From NCBI RefSeq assembly GCF_006345805.1, contig NC_042998.1, forward strand, positions 200,880,001 to 200,944,000: a DNA stretch of 64,000 nt. Reading direction: 5' to 3'. Shown here in pieces: positions 1 to 15,170 of the stretch; within the stretch, counting starts at the first letter, position 1, and every line of letters starts with the position of its first letter. The stretch comes from Octopus sinensis (taxonomy: Eukaryota). The notes under the pieces are model-generated. The model saw nothing but the letters and a program-made list of their open reading frames with translations. It was not told the DNA's origin and ran no database searches. Both the position numbers and the translations under genes were made by a program.

Positions 1-2098
1 CAAATACATATATAGACTTAATCAGAAAAACTGACCGATACACACAGGGTTATAAATACTTATATGTAAATGTAGGACAGAAAGGGAGAACTCTGATAAG
101 AAGGTATGTGTCTTGCAAACAACTTGCACATGCAAGTGCTACCAGTCAAAAGCTCCGTATACCGGAAGCCAGCAAGTGTATGGGGTCATAAGGAGAGAAT
201 GCGCGCCGTTTCGGGGCCTATCTCTCGACGGCATCAATGCGTACCGGCCCCCCCTCACTGATATGAGGCCCCGCTTGCTAGATTAGCTGGTTATGAAGTT
301 AAACTCAATATCCTTCTAGCCATCGCTCATCGTCTCTTTTCAACTAAATCCAGTAGTTATCCTTCTCCACGGTAGTTTGGATATCAGTCATGGCGGTATT
401 AATAAAGTTAATAAATGTTTGAAAAATATATGGTTAATAAGAATCAAAACAAGACATCATTACAAAAAGAATTTCCCATATATACTACAGCTAATTCATG
501 AAAATTTCTTTCTAAATCATTGCTTTTAACATTATCAAAGCTGATAAACTTGCAGTTGATTACCGTTTGTTATTGCAATTGCACTTCCTGCTGTAGTTGC
601 TTTAATACAGTTTTTGTTCTGTTTTTGATATTTTGGGATTTAGCCCTAGAGCAGACCTACTCGAACAGGTATATGATTACAAATATACCAGTCCTTAAGA
701 ATGATGCGTTTGTTTCACAGATGTTAAGATGTGGGGCACATTTTTCAGACATATTTTGATACGATCTCTAGCTCTTTCTGTGACAGCGTAAAACTCACTC
801 GCAAACATGAAAGGATGATAATTTTCATGGTGGTCAAGTGGTAGAGCTTCTAGCAAACATCTGTGTTTCAGTGATACAATCATTAATAAAAATATGTTGA
901 AAATGATATGAATAAGCTACATAAATTCATAGTCTGATTCATAGGTTATTCGAGTAATGCCATCATTTGATCTATAATTTTTAAGGTACTGTTACTGAAC
1001 AGTAAAACGTTAGCCTATCGTTGATGAAAATAAACCTAAATTATTAGATTAGTTAAAATTTTATTTTTGGATATATAGTTTTTTATAACTTATACACAAT
1101 TTATGGAATTTATGAGAAATAGAAATCATTGAAACCGTAAAATTGTATTGCTTCCTTATTTTATCAAAGCCGGAATGATATACGCTATAGTTCACTTTAC
1201 GAGTATTTAGAGGGACCTAAGTTATAAGCTAAACTTCCAACGCTTAATCCAATTCTAATATATGGTAGTGATATTGATTTTTAAAATTCAGTTAAGGCCA
1301 TAAAATGTAGGAAATGACAAAGTTAATATATATCATTTATGTATATAGTAAATAAGATCGTCCCTAGTACGACGCGTGAAAGATAAAATGAGAAATGATT
1401 TGAACTGATACCCAGATAACTTGATAAGATTTTAACTAAGAGTATGGTAAATAAATTTTGCAATATATTGTTACCAGCGTTGTACCAATTGTGTCTATAA
1501 TGTTAAAATCCAGACTGATTTAATGAAAAGTAGACTTCAATCGATATTGAACTCAGAATCACAAAACAATTTTTATAGTTGTTACTATTAAAGTACCTCT
1601 GTTTATGAAGTCTCCTTATAGTAAATATATATGAACTGCATTAAAAAAATACGATCATTAACACTCTCAAAACATTGTCCATTGTTCTGTTTTCGATTTC
1701 CTTGAGGCAAATGAAATAATATAATGTAAAACATACAGCATAAAATCGAAACTTTCAATTGTTAAAAAAAAGCAATAGCAGCTAAGTACAAGAGCAATAT
1801 ATTATTCATAGACTGAGAGATCTTGGAGACAAACATTACTAAAAATACAAACATATGATCAATTATCGATGGTGTCAAAGTTAAGAAAGGAAGCCCCTAC
1901 AGAATTAAATAAACATATATCGATATTTTTCTTGGAAAAAAGTATGAATTGATATGAATATTTTACTTGAATATGGTACTGGGCGTCGCAGAACAAGATA
2001 AAAAATTCGGTACAAATCGCGACATCAGTGTGTTTGAAACCCGTATTGAGCCACTCCCGTACGTTATGGCTGGTTCCAGTATGAATGGCATGTATGTA

Positions 2099-2135
<37 letters not shown>

Positions 2136-2992
2136 TTATATATGTGTGTTGTGTTTGTGTGTTTGCGTGTCAGTGTGTCAGTATGTCTGTATGTCTGTCT
2201 ATGGTTTTTGATGCTTTAAAACGTAGAGTATTTAATACTGCACATTGCGAATTTTGATCACCGTTATATAACATATACTAACTAACATTTCTGAAGAGAC
2301 GCGAACTTTATTTCAATCGTTAGCTACATTCACTTATATTTGCAATAACTGCGTAGCTTCTCTTCTTATTTATAAATACAAACAGAACAAACTTGCTATC
2401 TCAATGGGAGTCAATGTCCGATATCCATATTTCTTGGGAATTAAACGACAACCATAAGTAAAAATGCTATGGGGCGAAACTTCTTTAACCTCAATAGAAT
2501 TTCCTAATAGAATGAAGTGTTTCTGTTACGACCAGCCTGAACAGAATGTTTTCTTGTAGACAGCAAGTAACTTCAACAGTGTAGATCTACTAGTTCACAT
2601 TTATACTGAGCAAAGCAAGTATAAAAAGAGTTTATCAAATTGTACAAACGTGATATACGTTAAATTCCTAGCATTTGTAGTAAGAAGATATCTTCCGCAA
2701 TCTGTTTGTACCGTATAACATTGAAGAGAGCAATGAGGACATATATGACCAGACTCAGACGCATTGCATATAGTGGAAGACGTTTCCTAATTAATACCAT
2801 TATTAGAATATGAACCAAGCTTTATTTTAGAAAGGTCTTTGCTTAATTTAATATGGCACGATACAAATAAAAGAACAGGGAATCGAATACATTTGAAACA
2901 CTGGTCTTCGTCGAGAATCTGTTTACAAAGATCTATAATTCATGCAAGTCCATGTAATAATTGTACAATTTTACTTCACGGAGACAGATTCA

Positions 2993-3108
<116 letters not shown>

Positions 3109-3192
3109 CGTTAGAGAAAATAATATCGCCATTGAATACTCATTTATTTCACCTATTACATACGCTTCAATATTCAACAACACATATCACCC

Positions 3193-3676
3193 TATAGATG
3201 CTATCTGTAGATACAGCTTATAAGGGCCCACATCCCGAGCATATGTGCTGTCAGACAGTTATATAGGTTATACATGTATGAGACTAGAAGCAATCGAATT
3301 TAATCACACCAAAATCACGGGTAAATAGAGGGGGAGAGATATCAAGAATGTCGGTTAGAAAAACGACCGTCATTATAACGAAGTGGATTGGTGTTTGTAA
3401 GGGTAGAAGAAAATAGTCAATGGGGTCTTAGGTCGCTTTTACGCAACCTTATGTGAGGGGAAGTTTGAGCAGTCTGTTAGGGGACATTACAAGCTGGCAA
3501 CAGGATAAGAGTCATTAGATCACTAGGGGCTAACGTCGCAGTGACAATCTGAGCCGACACACCGAAATTTTGCTTGATGCTTGTCTCATATTGTATATCC
3601 TATATGACTGTGTAATGAATGATATGTTTGCTCACCGTGATGGACCTATATTATAGATCTACTGGTGGCATCTATA
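3193..3676. mobile_element. Possible old MITE / non-autonomous DNA transposon with imperfect terminal inverted repeats
   Basis: 3193-3230 (tatagatgctatctgtagatacagcttataagggccca) is an imperfect reverse complement of 3641-3676 (tggacctatattatagatctactggtggcatctata). The interior is more GC-rich than the flanks and has no ORF. Confidence 0.35.
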
Positions 3677-4663
3677 ATGAGATATTATGAATTACTAAAT
3701 ATTGAAAGAATATGTAACAATTGGAATAAAGGAGCACCAAATCAATGACCATATTCTTTACTCTTATTATTGCTGTGTTCTTTCTATTACGCCATAACCT
3801 ATTCTCGGACAGTGGGCGGCCAATGCAATTACCATTAGGGTTAAAAATGGAGTTTTTAAATTTCGCTGTATGTATGTATATATATGACGATATTAAATAT
3901 AGAAACGGCAAAATCAAATATATTTCAAATAGCATTATATGATATTAACATGAAATAACTGGATGTTAATACAAGGTTTCTGTTAAATAATTAAGGAAAG
4001 CCGCATGAAATGTATTGCAACACCATGTGAGGTTTGTCTGATGCATACAACGTGAACATAACGTCGATTCGATAGACGATGCAGCTTACTATGATGAATC
4101 TTAAGAAAAGACAAAAATAATTGGATTAAAATGAGTGGATAAGGAGGTACAGACGAGAAAAAGAAACCAAAAAAAAAACAAGACGAAAAAGCAAAGAATA
4201 CATACGCCAATAATATATGGAAAATGATATTATCCTGAATAGTATTTTACTAACGTGATCAATAATAATTATAAGAAAGAAAACGTAGTAAAATCTTCAG
4301 AATACTTATTAAAGCCACCAGTATCTATAATGGTGAATAACGAAATGTAACTAAATGTATTTTTTTCAATTTCTGTAATAAAAAGAATAGAAACTATATC
4401 GCAAGAAGGTGGTATCCCATTCAGTAGGAAAGATTAAAAATAACTCAATACAATATAGAAAGAATTCATGAAACTAACAGATAGATACAAGTAAATAATA
4501 TACTGTGTGCGTCTGTGTGTGAATTCATTAATATATACACACACTCCAACTAATCATCTACCAATATATATATATATGGAGAGAAAGAGAGGTGGGGAGG
4601 AAGAGAGAGGTAGAGAGAGATATAGTTAGATAGACTGGTGCATATATATATATATATATATAT

Positions 4664-4736
<73 letters not shown>

Positions 4737-7732
4737 CAGCCTAGTAACGCTGTACTTGTTGCCTTTCAGTTCTAAAGTGCGAATAACCACCTTAATATAT
4801 GTGAGTGCGTGTGTGTGTATGTATGTGTTTGTGTGGGAACAGAGAGAGTGAGAGAGAGAAAAATGCAGAGCAAACATAGACGAGTGTATATACATGAACG
4901 TCGTCATGCGAGTGTTCATGAATGCTCAACATTAGAAGAAGAAGAACGTAATTTGTGGGAATACTAAGCTTCCCGAATCGTTACTTCGTGTATTTCATTG
5001 CAAGGATTTAATTGATTATGAAATTAGAATAGCTATTTTGAATATCAAAACCATGCAAAATGGTATTTCAAAATCATGACGAATTCTCTTTGTTTGAAAA
5101 GTAAAACATAAGCTATAATAACAATTGACGAGGTCATCGTTATCTGAAATGAGAATATTTTATCATGTTCTGAAGTGAAATGGCGGGAAGGTTCAAAAAC
5201 TCTGATATGTATGCTAATATTTATACGTAAATGTGAATCAATGCTCAAAATATCTACCTCGGTTGAAAACGGATGATGCATGCATGTGGGAAAGACATAG
5301 ACCCGCTTGTAATGTAATGTTTTAAAATCGAATATCACTGCGTCGTGAGTATATTGCTTGCTGCAGTTTCTCGGGCATCTGCTTAACCCTTTCCAGGTAC
5401 AAAATTATACACATTAACATTCGAATATATACTACAATCACTAATAATTTTTGCTAGTAAAAATTCAGTTTTCATTTGCATTTTTAAAAAGAAACTCCAA
5501 AAGCGTTCGCTATGCTGACTAATATTACCTATAAGTTTGAAAACCTATTTTTCCAAGTAACTGAATATTATATTTTCAGAATCCATATAGATCTCAACAG
5601 TCCATGTATGTCAAACAGTAAAGTTATTGTCAATGTATAATCCACCTAGCATTTTAGAAAAGTATCATTAAAATATATTTTCAAAAATTGTATATTATTG
5701 TTTAACCTAGAGCGTGAACCATTTTGTATGCGGGAAATAATATATCGCTGTTTGCCTCACCACAGGATGCATTATCTCTTGATACAGCATGTTAATATAT
5801 TTTGCATTTCCTTATGTGCTCCATAATTTTAAAATCAGATCTACTAATTCCTTCGATATTACTGATATTAAGGCTTTAGGGAGATATCTGATAACTATAA
5901 ACATTTCATGATATATGTAAACGGTTAAGTTACAATTGTACTTCAACTCTATAATGAAACTGAGAGTACACTCCTTCCTAGATATCAGCGTTTTAGATAT
6001 CATATACTTTTAATATGCGCCTATTAATTAAATAAGGTTTTAGCGGATACTTTGAGTTTAACTGCCTTTTGAGTTGCTAGCAAATGTAACTTAATGATCT
6101 TTAAATAGAAAATGTGTACTTCGTTAGATAATATGCGATATTAATACAGGTTTAAATCTTCTAATCTAACAATGTTTCTTCCAAGTATCAGTAAATGTTA
6201 TCGCTTTTATCTTCAAAACAGTCAACATTACATATCGATTCTCATTCTTATTATGACGAGCCTAACATCTGGGGTTTCTGAGGTAAATTACACATAAAGT
6301 GTTTCATAATATAATGTAGTATATTGCATAAATATATGCTCCCATTGTGCTAGAGATTTCTTAAATTTTATTCCTGAAATCATGAATACCCGAAGAGGTT
6401 TTGTGTCTATTCATGTTGGATGAACATTGAAGATTGCATTAACATTTTCCTAAAACTTAACAAACAACAATAATACAGACCTTTATTCGAACTTGTATCT
6501 CTTTTATTCCTTATAATTGTGTGTTTAACGATAATTGGCTTTTGCTCTCTCTAATCTATTGCGGCAAAATAACCGGATAATACTACGTTATGTTTTATTT
6601 CAGAGTAAGCAACAATTCCTTTAGAAACCACTTCTCTCAATATATTCACTCATTGTTAAAATCTGAAAGGAAACCTCTCTAAATACATTTTCAAGCAAAC
6701 ATGATCTGATGTTTAAAATCTAATAGCAACATCACATTCTTGATTTTATTTGCTTACAGGAAAGTTCCCAATCAAATCTGCGTAGAAATCCTTCTTTGGA
6801 AGTAAATGCTATGAATAGTATTTCAATATAGAGAATTACAGAGCGTTTACAAATGCTTATTTTTCTTTGTATTTCCTTCTTTTTTATTTAATTCGTATGG
6901 CGAAAACTAGTTAAAATGAAGCAGGCAAATTATTTCATCTTTCGTTTTTATTACCAGTAGTTTTTAAATAATTCAATCTTGTTTAAGCAAGACAAATCTT
7001 TGCAATGACCTCCCTGTATTAAATTGGAAACTAGTACAATGATAGTGCAGGTCCAGCATTTCACTTACGAACTAGCACGTTCCGGATGTTCCACCGAGTA
7101 AGGAGGCAGTATGATAAAATGCTTTATATGTTCCTCTCTCTGTGGTTACAATGATATTGAGGATGCGTCGTATAATGCATAATGCGTTCAGCGTTATCTT
7201 ATATAGAACTGTGACGTTTAATATACTGTGAATAAAAATGGATGAGAAAGGCAGTCGGAAGGAGACTATGACTAGTTCAAGGTAACCCTCTTGTCATAAT
7301 ATGTCATACGCTTATCGTGCTTACGAATTATGATAGATGTACATTGGAGTGTGAAATACTCCGTCATTCAAACGAAGCAAAAAATATGCCCGACAGTTTA
7401 GTTAATCAAACAACCGAATATTTACTATTTACGTGTGCCTGTATGTGCGTGTGTGCATGTTTGAATGAGGTACGTGGTTATGTCATTGTATGTACAAACA
7501 TGTACCTATGCGTTTGTACATTTCTGTGTATAAATTATATATATACTTAGCCGTTCGTTGTTTCTGCACATTTTTTTTCTATTCTCGACAACAATCATTT
7601 CCTCTTCCCAAAGAATTGCATTTCATTCAAATATGAGCGACGTCTTTTCCCTCTGGTTTTGTTTCTCAAATCTCGCTTCCTCTCTGGATGTTTCTTTGTG
7701 TGTGCACATGTGTATGTATATATATAAATATA

Positions 7733-7770
<38 letters not shown>

Positions 7771-7835
7771 GTGTGTGTATCGTTGGCGATTTTTTTTCTC
7801 CGTCTTCCGTTCTTTGGATCTTTCCTTTTTCTATG

Positions 7836-7868
7836 TTTCTGACGAAGAGCTCCGCTCGAAACGTTGAA
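7836..7868 (+). ncRNA. Minimal type-I hammerhead ribozyme motif in a ~200-bp Penelope pLTR-like remnant (approx. 7775-7970)
   Basis: ttt CTGACGA a GAGC-tcc-GCTC GAAA CG TT gaa: both core boxes, a 4-bp stem II, palindromic AACGTT at stem III and a weak stem I. It lies between (TG)n and (TA)n. Confidence 0.55.
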
Positions 7869-8731
7869 TGCTCCTCCTTTCTATTTTCCTGCGCGTCCAA
7901 TAACACTATACTTGTTCCACATCCTCGCGTTGTTGTGTTTTCTCTTTTTGTTTTCATGTTTGGATTAACTATATATATATATATATATATAAATATTTAT
8001 AAAATGCTTTAACAAATTCACTATTGAAAGTGGCTTTGAAGCTTCAGCCAGCTAACCCAGTCTTTTCACTGCTATAGCTTAAGACAATCATATGTTTTTA
8101 TAGTCTTTATTGCGTTAAAATTTGTCTTGGGTTTATGAGGTTCGGTTGAAAGGTAATTGTATTTTCGGGTGGGTTTTTATGAAGATGTGTTGTAGAGATT
8201 TTTTTAACGAGTGTGCCTTTCGCATGTTAAAGAGATTTGCATGTCCTGATATTCCTTCTAAGAATTTAAAAAGATTTCCCTCGAAAGATACTTCAGTGGC
8301 TTTCTTATTTTCTCCTCTCCAAATTTATTTGCTGCGTAATATTATACGATATCTTCCAACTATAGTAATCAAATATGGCTATGAGAAACATTTCGAAGGA
8401 GAAATATGTCTAGTTCAGGGCTGATAACGTGCACGAGTACATCTTATTTTACGCTGCTGTTTGTATGTTTCGTCCTCCGTCTGATATGCCTTTCATATAC
8501 ATTGAAAAGTAATACACTTAGCTTGTGTGTCATCATTACGTGTACATTTTAGGTTGTCCTTCTTTAGTTTTCTCTCATTCACTTCATTCAGTACGGAACT
8601 TTATCTATTATATATATTATATGCATAAACACATGCACAGGACATGCACACATGCACAGGAACAGACACACACAAACGTGTGTGCATGTGTGCGTATAGA
8701 TTATATACACATAAAGGCTATACACACACAC

Positions 8732-8830
<99 letters not shown>

Positions 8831-8874
8831 CAGATATTGATATTGATATAGATATACATAGGTAAAGGTCTATG

Positions 8875-8912
<38 letters not shown>

Positions 8913-8936
8913 GATATATAGATAGATAGATAGATA

Positions 8937-9896
8937 TGTTTCTTTATTAGCCACACAGGCCTGCACACAGATAGAACAAATTACAAGGTAGAGCTTTCCT
9001 TTTGAAGGTTTAAAAAATAAAAAAAAATTAAATAAAAAAAAATTTAAATAAAAAAAAAAATTTAAATAAAATAAAAAAGGGGGGGTCGATCAAAAGGGAT
9101 CGTAAAAGGAGAGAAAGAGGACAAAAAAAGGGGGGGTTAAAAAAAGGGGGAGAGGAAAAACTTGATCAATAGGGATCGTTATCACAGAAATGTCAATATG
9201 AAGTGTAAAGGGGAGGACAGGTGAGGTTTACCCGTGGAAAGAAAAGCCTACGGAAAAGACCACGGTAACCTCGGTCAATGAAGTCACATGTTATATTTCT
9301 TTTTTTTTTTTTTTTTTTGCAAATAAGCAACTCTCTGTATTAATTTTTACGGTTCATAGAATCATAGTCAAGGTGGCTTCGTCATTCATACGTGCCATCC
9401 TTGCTACATTCACCCATCTTTTTTTAAAACATTCACTAGACAAAACTTGCCTCTCTACTCTCACTTTTTTCTTCAAGTGATACTTGAAGAAGTTGATGAG
9501 AGATTGACCAGAGAGGAAAGTGTTTGTCTCTAATCCTTTCAGACGCGTCCACCAGATACATTCTTTCGCCATAGCCACAAGTATGATAAAAATAGCTCTT
9601 CCTTCCCGTTTGAAGGAAGGAGGCGTGACGATATTAACGATAGACTCGGCTGATAAACCGACACGTCCCACACGTGACAGCAGTCGTTCGACATAAGCCC
9701 ACAGGTGGGAAATTGCTGGACACTGCACGATTGCGTGCAGAGCGGTTTCGTCGCTCTGCCCGCATCTCGGGCAGGTCGGCCCCGTGTTTCTCGAGCCATG
9801 CCTATAGAGCTTATCCCGAACGGGTAGCGCTTCTCGGTAGCACCGCCAGGCCAGGGATCTCTGGAAGTTGTCCATAGGTCCCGGGCCGAAAGTCGT
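8937..9896 (-). mobile_element. 5'-truncated L1/Tx1-clade LINE (3' end of ORF2 plus 3' UTR) inserted in a (GATA)n tract
   Basis: ORF 9354..9875 has the zf-RVT-type motif CPRCGQSDETALHAIVQC and IWWTR. A pyrimidine-rich 3' UTR follows, with AATAAA on the minus strand at 8943-8948 and then (TATC)n. GATA repeats lie on both sides. Confidence 0.85.
9354..9875 (-). pseudogene. C-terminal part of L1/Tx1 ORF2 (zinc-binding domain downstream of RT)
   Basis: Uninterrupted 173-aa frame: LAWRCYREALPV...CPRCGQSDETALHAIVQC...KECIWWTR. Confidence 0.8.
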
Positions 9897-9912
9897 TAGA
9901 TATATAGATAGT

Positions 9913-9977
<65 letters not shown>

Positions 9978-10068
9978 GATAGATAGATATAGATATTGAT
10001 ATTGATATAGATATACATAGATAAAACTTACTTCGAAATGGATGCGTGGACTACGATCATATAATAAT

Positions 10069-10120
<52 letters not shown>

Positions 10121-10244
10121 TATATGCATATATATGCATATATGCATATATATATATATATGCATATATGCATATATATGCATATATACATACATATGTA
10201 AAGTTGTTCATGTAGGTATATATGCATATATATAATATTTATAC

Positions 10245-10290
<46 letters not shown>

Positions 10291-11089
10291 ATACATATAT
10301 ATGCGTGTGAGAGTGTGTATGTGTTCATGTGTGTATGTGTTCATGTGTGTCTGTTTGCGTGTGTATGTGTGTGTGTGAGTGCGCGCGCTTAGACGTGTAG
10401 TCTATCATAAATCAACATGATATGCATATATGTAAAACACTATTAACAACAGCTTTCGTATTCGCTCGAGTGTGAAATTTCAGAAACAAGTCTACATTAG
10501 AGGTGGATTTACTGATTAATCTCCTAAATGCTTCTATTGAAAAATATTGACTTCTTTCACAATGCTTTGCTAGTTTATTTGTGTACTTTATAAATGCTGT
10601 TGGTATACGCGTCGAATAATTATAGTGTAATAATACGTGTGCCATTTGGTGAAAGCAAATAACTAATCCAAAATATATATATAAATTTAGCCCCGCTCCA
10701 TTATACATTTAAAAAAAAATATATAACTACTTAGTTTATGTTCAGAAACGGAACAATAACATATATTACAAACGTGCGGTAAAGAAGTATTGTAAGATAA
10801 GAAAATAGGTGAAAGTTGTGGTTGTATTAAGATAATATGTCCGAATTTCAAACATATGCTGAATTCGAAGAGCGTTATCTGCTTCCAGAATTACTAAGAT
10901 AGTTTATATAAACCGATATTACACTTCTAAATATTTTAAACTGTAAATAAAACTTCGAACGAAACCGGAATGCGAGCCATTTATTGTTTTGCATCTAGGT
11001 TCTGTTTACTATTCTTTCTTTTTCTGTTTCCTCCTTTCTATTATTGATATCCTCATCATCATTACCTTACTCATCCACAAACTTGTGTA

Positions 11090-11164
11090 ATTGATGATGC
11101 AGTTGTTGTTGTTAGTATTATTATTATTATTTATATTATTATATTATTATTATTATGAGTGTTA

Positions 11165-11200
<36 letters not shown>

Positions 11201-11222
11201 TTTATTATTATTATTATTATTA

Positions 11223-11270
<48 letters not shown>

Positions 11271-11300
11271 AAGTAGTATCATCATTATCATCATCACCAC
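11090..11300. repeat. Compound trinucleotide microsatellite (ATT)n/(AGT)n/(ATC)n
   Basis: Directly visible repeat runs. Confidence 0.95.
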
Positions 11301-11728
11301 CCGTATTGATTTTGTTTTGGGAGTATGAGAAATTTCTCATGAACTATTTATCACTGCAACACTGATGTGTAGGGCAGGTTAATGTCAGTAATATATAAAG
11401 CAGATAATGCGGCACGATCAAATATTTATCACTAATACTAACCTATGTGCCATTCAATGAACTGCTAAATACACACACCCACCCACACACACACACACAC
11501 ATACATATTGGGATAAACAAACATAACGTCGATGTACAGTGCAAGTATATTGAATTTTGGAAATTTAAAATAAACAAGAAAACAGAGCAAAAGTTAAGTA
11601 TTTCAGCAGATAGAAAAATGCGTTATTCTTCAATTTCACTATTTAGAAAATAAAGAATACAATTTATAGCCATCATTAAATCATATATCAATCTTTCCCC
11701 CACCTCTCGCTATATATATATATTATAT

Positions 11729-11788
<60 letters not shown>

Positions 11789-11808
11789 ATATATACATAC
11801 ATATATAT

Positions 11809-11842
<34 letters not shown>

Positions 11843-11853
11843 ATATATGTATA

Positions 11854-11921
<68 letters not shown>

Positions 11922-11957
11922 ATATACGTATGTATGTATATCGTTTATTGTCCGTTT

Positions 11958-12258
11958 CATATTTTTATTGTTTCAGTGATTAGACTGCGACTATACTATG
12001 CTGAGGCTCCCCCCTTGAAGAATTTAAGGCAAATGTGTTGCCCTCAGTACTTATAGTTTTTAAACCTGGTACTTATTCTATTTGGCTCTATTGCCCGAAC
12101 TGCTAAATTTCGAGGAAATAAACACAGCACCACCGGTTTTCAACAGCTGGTGGCTTGAGAAAAACACAGCCGAATATACTCATAACGACGCACATATATA
12201 CTTATATGAGGAGCTTCTTTCAATTTCCGTCTACCAAATCCACTCAGAAGGTATGGTC
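11958..12258 (-). mobile_element. Degenerate SINE family B copy
   Basis: Diverged match to 18618-19120 and 43686-44160 (tacttattctat, ccgaactgctaa, tttccgtctaccaaatccactca). Confidence 0.65.
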
Positions 12259-13329
12259 TTCTGTAATTACACATTCTTCTAGATTTGTTAATAATTGTCA
12301 TCGTTTCCTTATCAAACGACGTTTATAAATTACATCATGTCATCAACAGCATGTAATTTTCTAGAAAATTCCTTATTACATATAACCCTGAAAAATTAAT
12401 CCAAATAGGAATGACGTCTAGTAATAATAATGGCCAATCAGCTTCACCCGTGGAGATTTGTCCACAAATGTACCATCTTGTAGGAATAATTGTTTCACTA
12501 TGCTATTTTCTTTTACACTATTTACACGTATTGATATATAATACAAATTTATATATATATATATATATACTACATCAGTGTGTGTGTGTGCGTGTGTGTG
12601 CTTGCGTATGAAACATCATTGTTTGTTTAATTCAATAATGTAGAAAACGAAGTTGTTCTACACAAAATTTGATCATATCAAAATTTGGTCATTTCGTGAA
12701 ATTTGATAATTAAAATAACAAGAATGTACAGGGTTTAGTGCAAGGTAGAATGCAATTAGATTCGAATCTAAGCTTTATCGTTGATAACTTTACTGTGAAT
12801 AGCCCTACATATTAAGCGCCCTCTCAAAAATCATATTCACATTCTCGTGGATACAGACTACAAAATTCGACTGAAAATCATTATTTCATTGTTTGCCCTA
12901 TGAAATTCATATTTCTTTCCTTTATCATTTTTTGTTTGCCAGTTCTGAAATTAATGACAAATTATTTTGTGATCTGGAACCCTTTATTTCAATATTGTCA
13001 ATATAAAATTCGAACATAAGCATAATATTAGATGTGTCTTCAGAGCCGGGAATGTTTCGGTCAATTACATTCAGTGCAGTATCTAAATGGTTCTTTAATT
13101 TATCGACAGAAACATAAAGTGCAAAGTTGAACCTCACGGGGCTTAAAATGAGAACGTACAGCACATTGCAACAAACAGTGCATGTCACTTTCTCCGACGT
13201 TGAATCGGTTACTCCAGTCCCCTTATTATTATCCTTAAGAACAAAAATTAAAAACGGCAATATTGTTTTCATGTTATTTACAGTACATAATTTCTCCAGT
13301 AAATGGCGTGTATTAGTATTTCTAGAAAT

Positions 13330-13810
13330 TGTCCACACAGCCATTGACTGGGGATGTGGGTTGAACATTAACATGAACATACTAACACGCCTCGCATTCG
13401 TAGATCACACTGTGCTCATTGCCGAAACTAGATATCAGCTGCAGAGCATGGTGACAGAGTTGAACACTCATAGCTCAGTAGTAGGATTTAAATTGAGTTG
13501 CATGAAAAGAAAATAATTCGGGATAAATTCCAAATAGACGTGGTACACGACAAAAGCACAGGAGGTTTTGAATTACCGTTACCAATGCCAACATGAATAT
13601 GAACCGAGAATTGGATGCTGAAATCGCGAAGATAATAAGGGCAGAATGCAAGTCGTTTGTCTCAATATATGGTGTACTCCAAACAAAGGTGGGCAAGACC
13701 ATACATGCCAGAATATTTCTAACTACGGTTTATATGCAAGTGAGATGCAGTCTACTACGAACAGAAGACCTAGATTGACTACACATCAAACATCGTTTCA
13801 TGGAACGAAT
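13330..13810 (+). pseudogene. Degenerate non-LTR (RTE-like) reverse transcriptase fragment
   Basis: GLNINMNILTRLAFVDHTVLIAETRYQLQSMVTELNTHSSVVGFKL resembles the LRFADDIVL...LQ.ML..L......GL.IN RT core. NMNRELDAEI follows after a frameshift. Confidence 0.6.
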
Positions 13811-14991
13811 TATAATGTAAATTGAACATAAAATATATTTTAATGAATGATTGAATGATATACCATAAAAACTTAACTAAAACACGAGTGTATGCAAATT
13901 CGAAACAGATTTCTTGACATCAATATTGGAGTACATTCTGAAAATTCTAAGTGTCAATGATAAAATTTAAAGGGAGATTTCTTCTATTTTCTCTTCTGCT
14001 CATTTTATTCAAATAAATCGGGGCAATTTCTGTCACGTGACCTGAGTATTTCCAACCAGTCTAACCTTTAGCTTTCCGCTTTCTTTCACACAATTTCCTC
14101 CTTTCTAAGGCATATATTATAAGCTTAAGACACACAATAAGTTGATGGTTACAGAAAGAAATACCCAATGTATTCTAAATTCTCAAAGCCCAATAAGATA
14201 TTTTCTTTGAATGTAATTACTTTTGTATGGGCGACATATAATACGAATTAAAATGAAATTATATTTATTAGATTTATGATTATAACGGAAGCAATTACTA
14301 CTGGCTATCAGCATTTGTTATGCTTCACTTTGTTAATCTAATCGGTTGCTTAGCAAGAATAAGATTGTAGCGTATCTAACTCATAATAACAGAGAGTAAT
14401 ATTCCGTCAGGTTTTATGTTACACACATATATACAATATCTGTATATAACAAATCCGCACAAACAAACGAGGAAAATAAAATAAACAATAGAAGCGGCGC
14501 ATTAGGGGGAAATAAAAGCACTAAGAAAAAAACCAATTTCAATCAATAGTGGAATCTTATAGGGTTTTATTACATAGTTCAAATTGATTTATAAATTGAA
14601 CAATTATCACCAATAAAATCGAAGCCAGATGAATAAAATGAAGTCTTGTAAAGCAATTAGTTTTATTCGGTAAACTATATATACATATGTGTGTGTGTGT
14701 GTGTTATTTTGTAGTGAAAGAATTTAAAAAATAACGTATTTTACGACAAATTTTCAACGGTTACATTTTGTGATAGATGTTTATTTGCATTCACGAAGAG
14801 TTTCATTTTATTCGTTATTTTCTTGTAGTTTCTCTCTCATTCTTCCTCTCATCACAAACTCACCTATGTATATGTGTACATACGTACATATATACATATC
14901 TATCTATCTATCTATCTATCTATTTACTTATATATCTATCTCTATCTGTCTATGTATGTATGTATGTATGTATCGATGTGTATATGTATAA

Positions 14992-15029
<38 letters not shown>

Positions 15030-15050
15030 TATACATATATATATGTATGC

Positions 15051-15124
<74 letters not shown>

Positions 15125-15129
15125 GTATA

Positions 15130-15170
<41 letters not shown>

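Noticed and set aside
200-275. GC-rich hairpin cggggcct/aggccccg next to GAAAC on the minus strand
   Set aside because: There is no CTGANGA box at the required position. It is at most a decayed motif.
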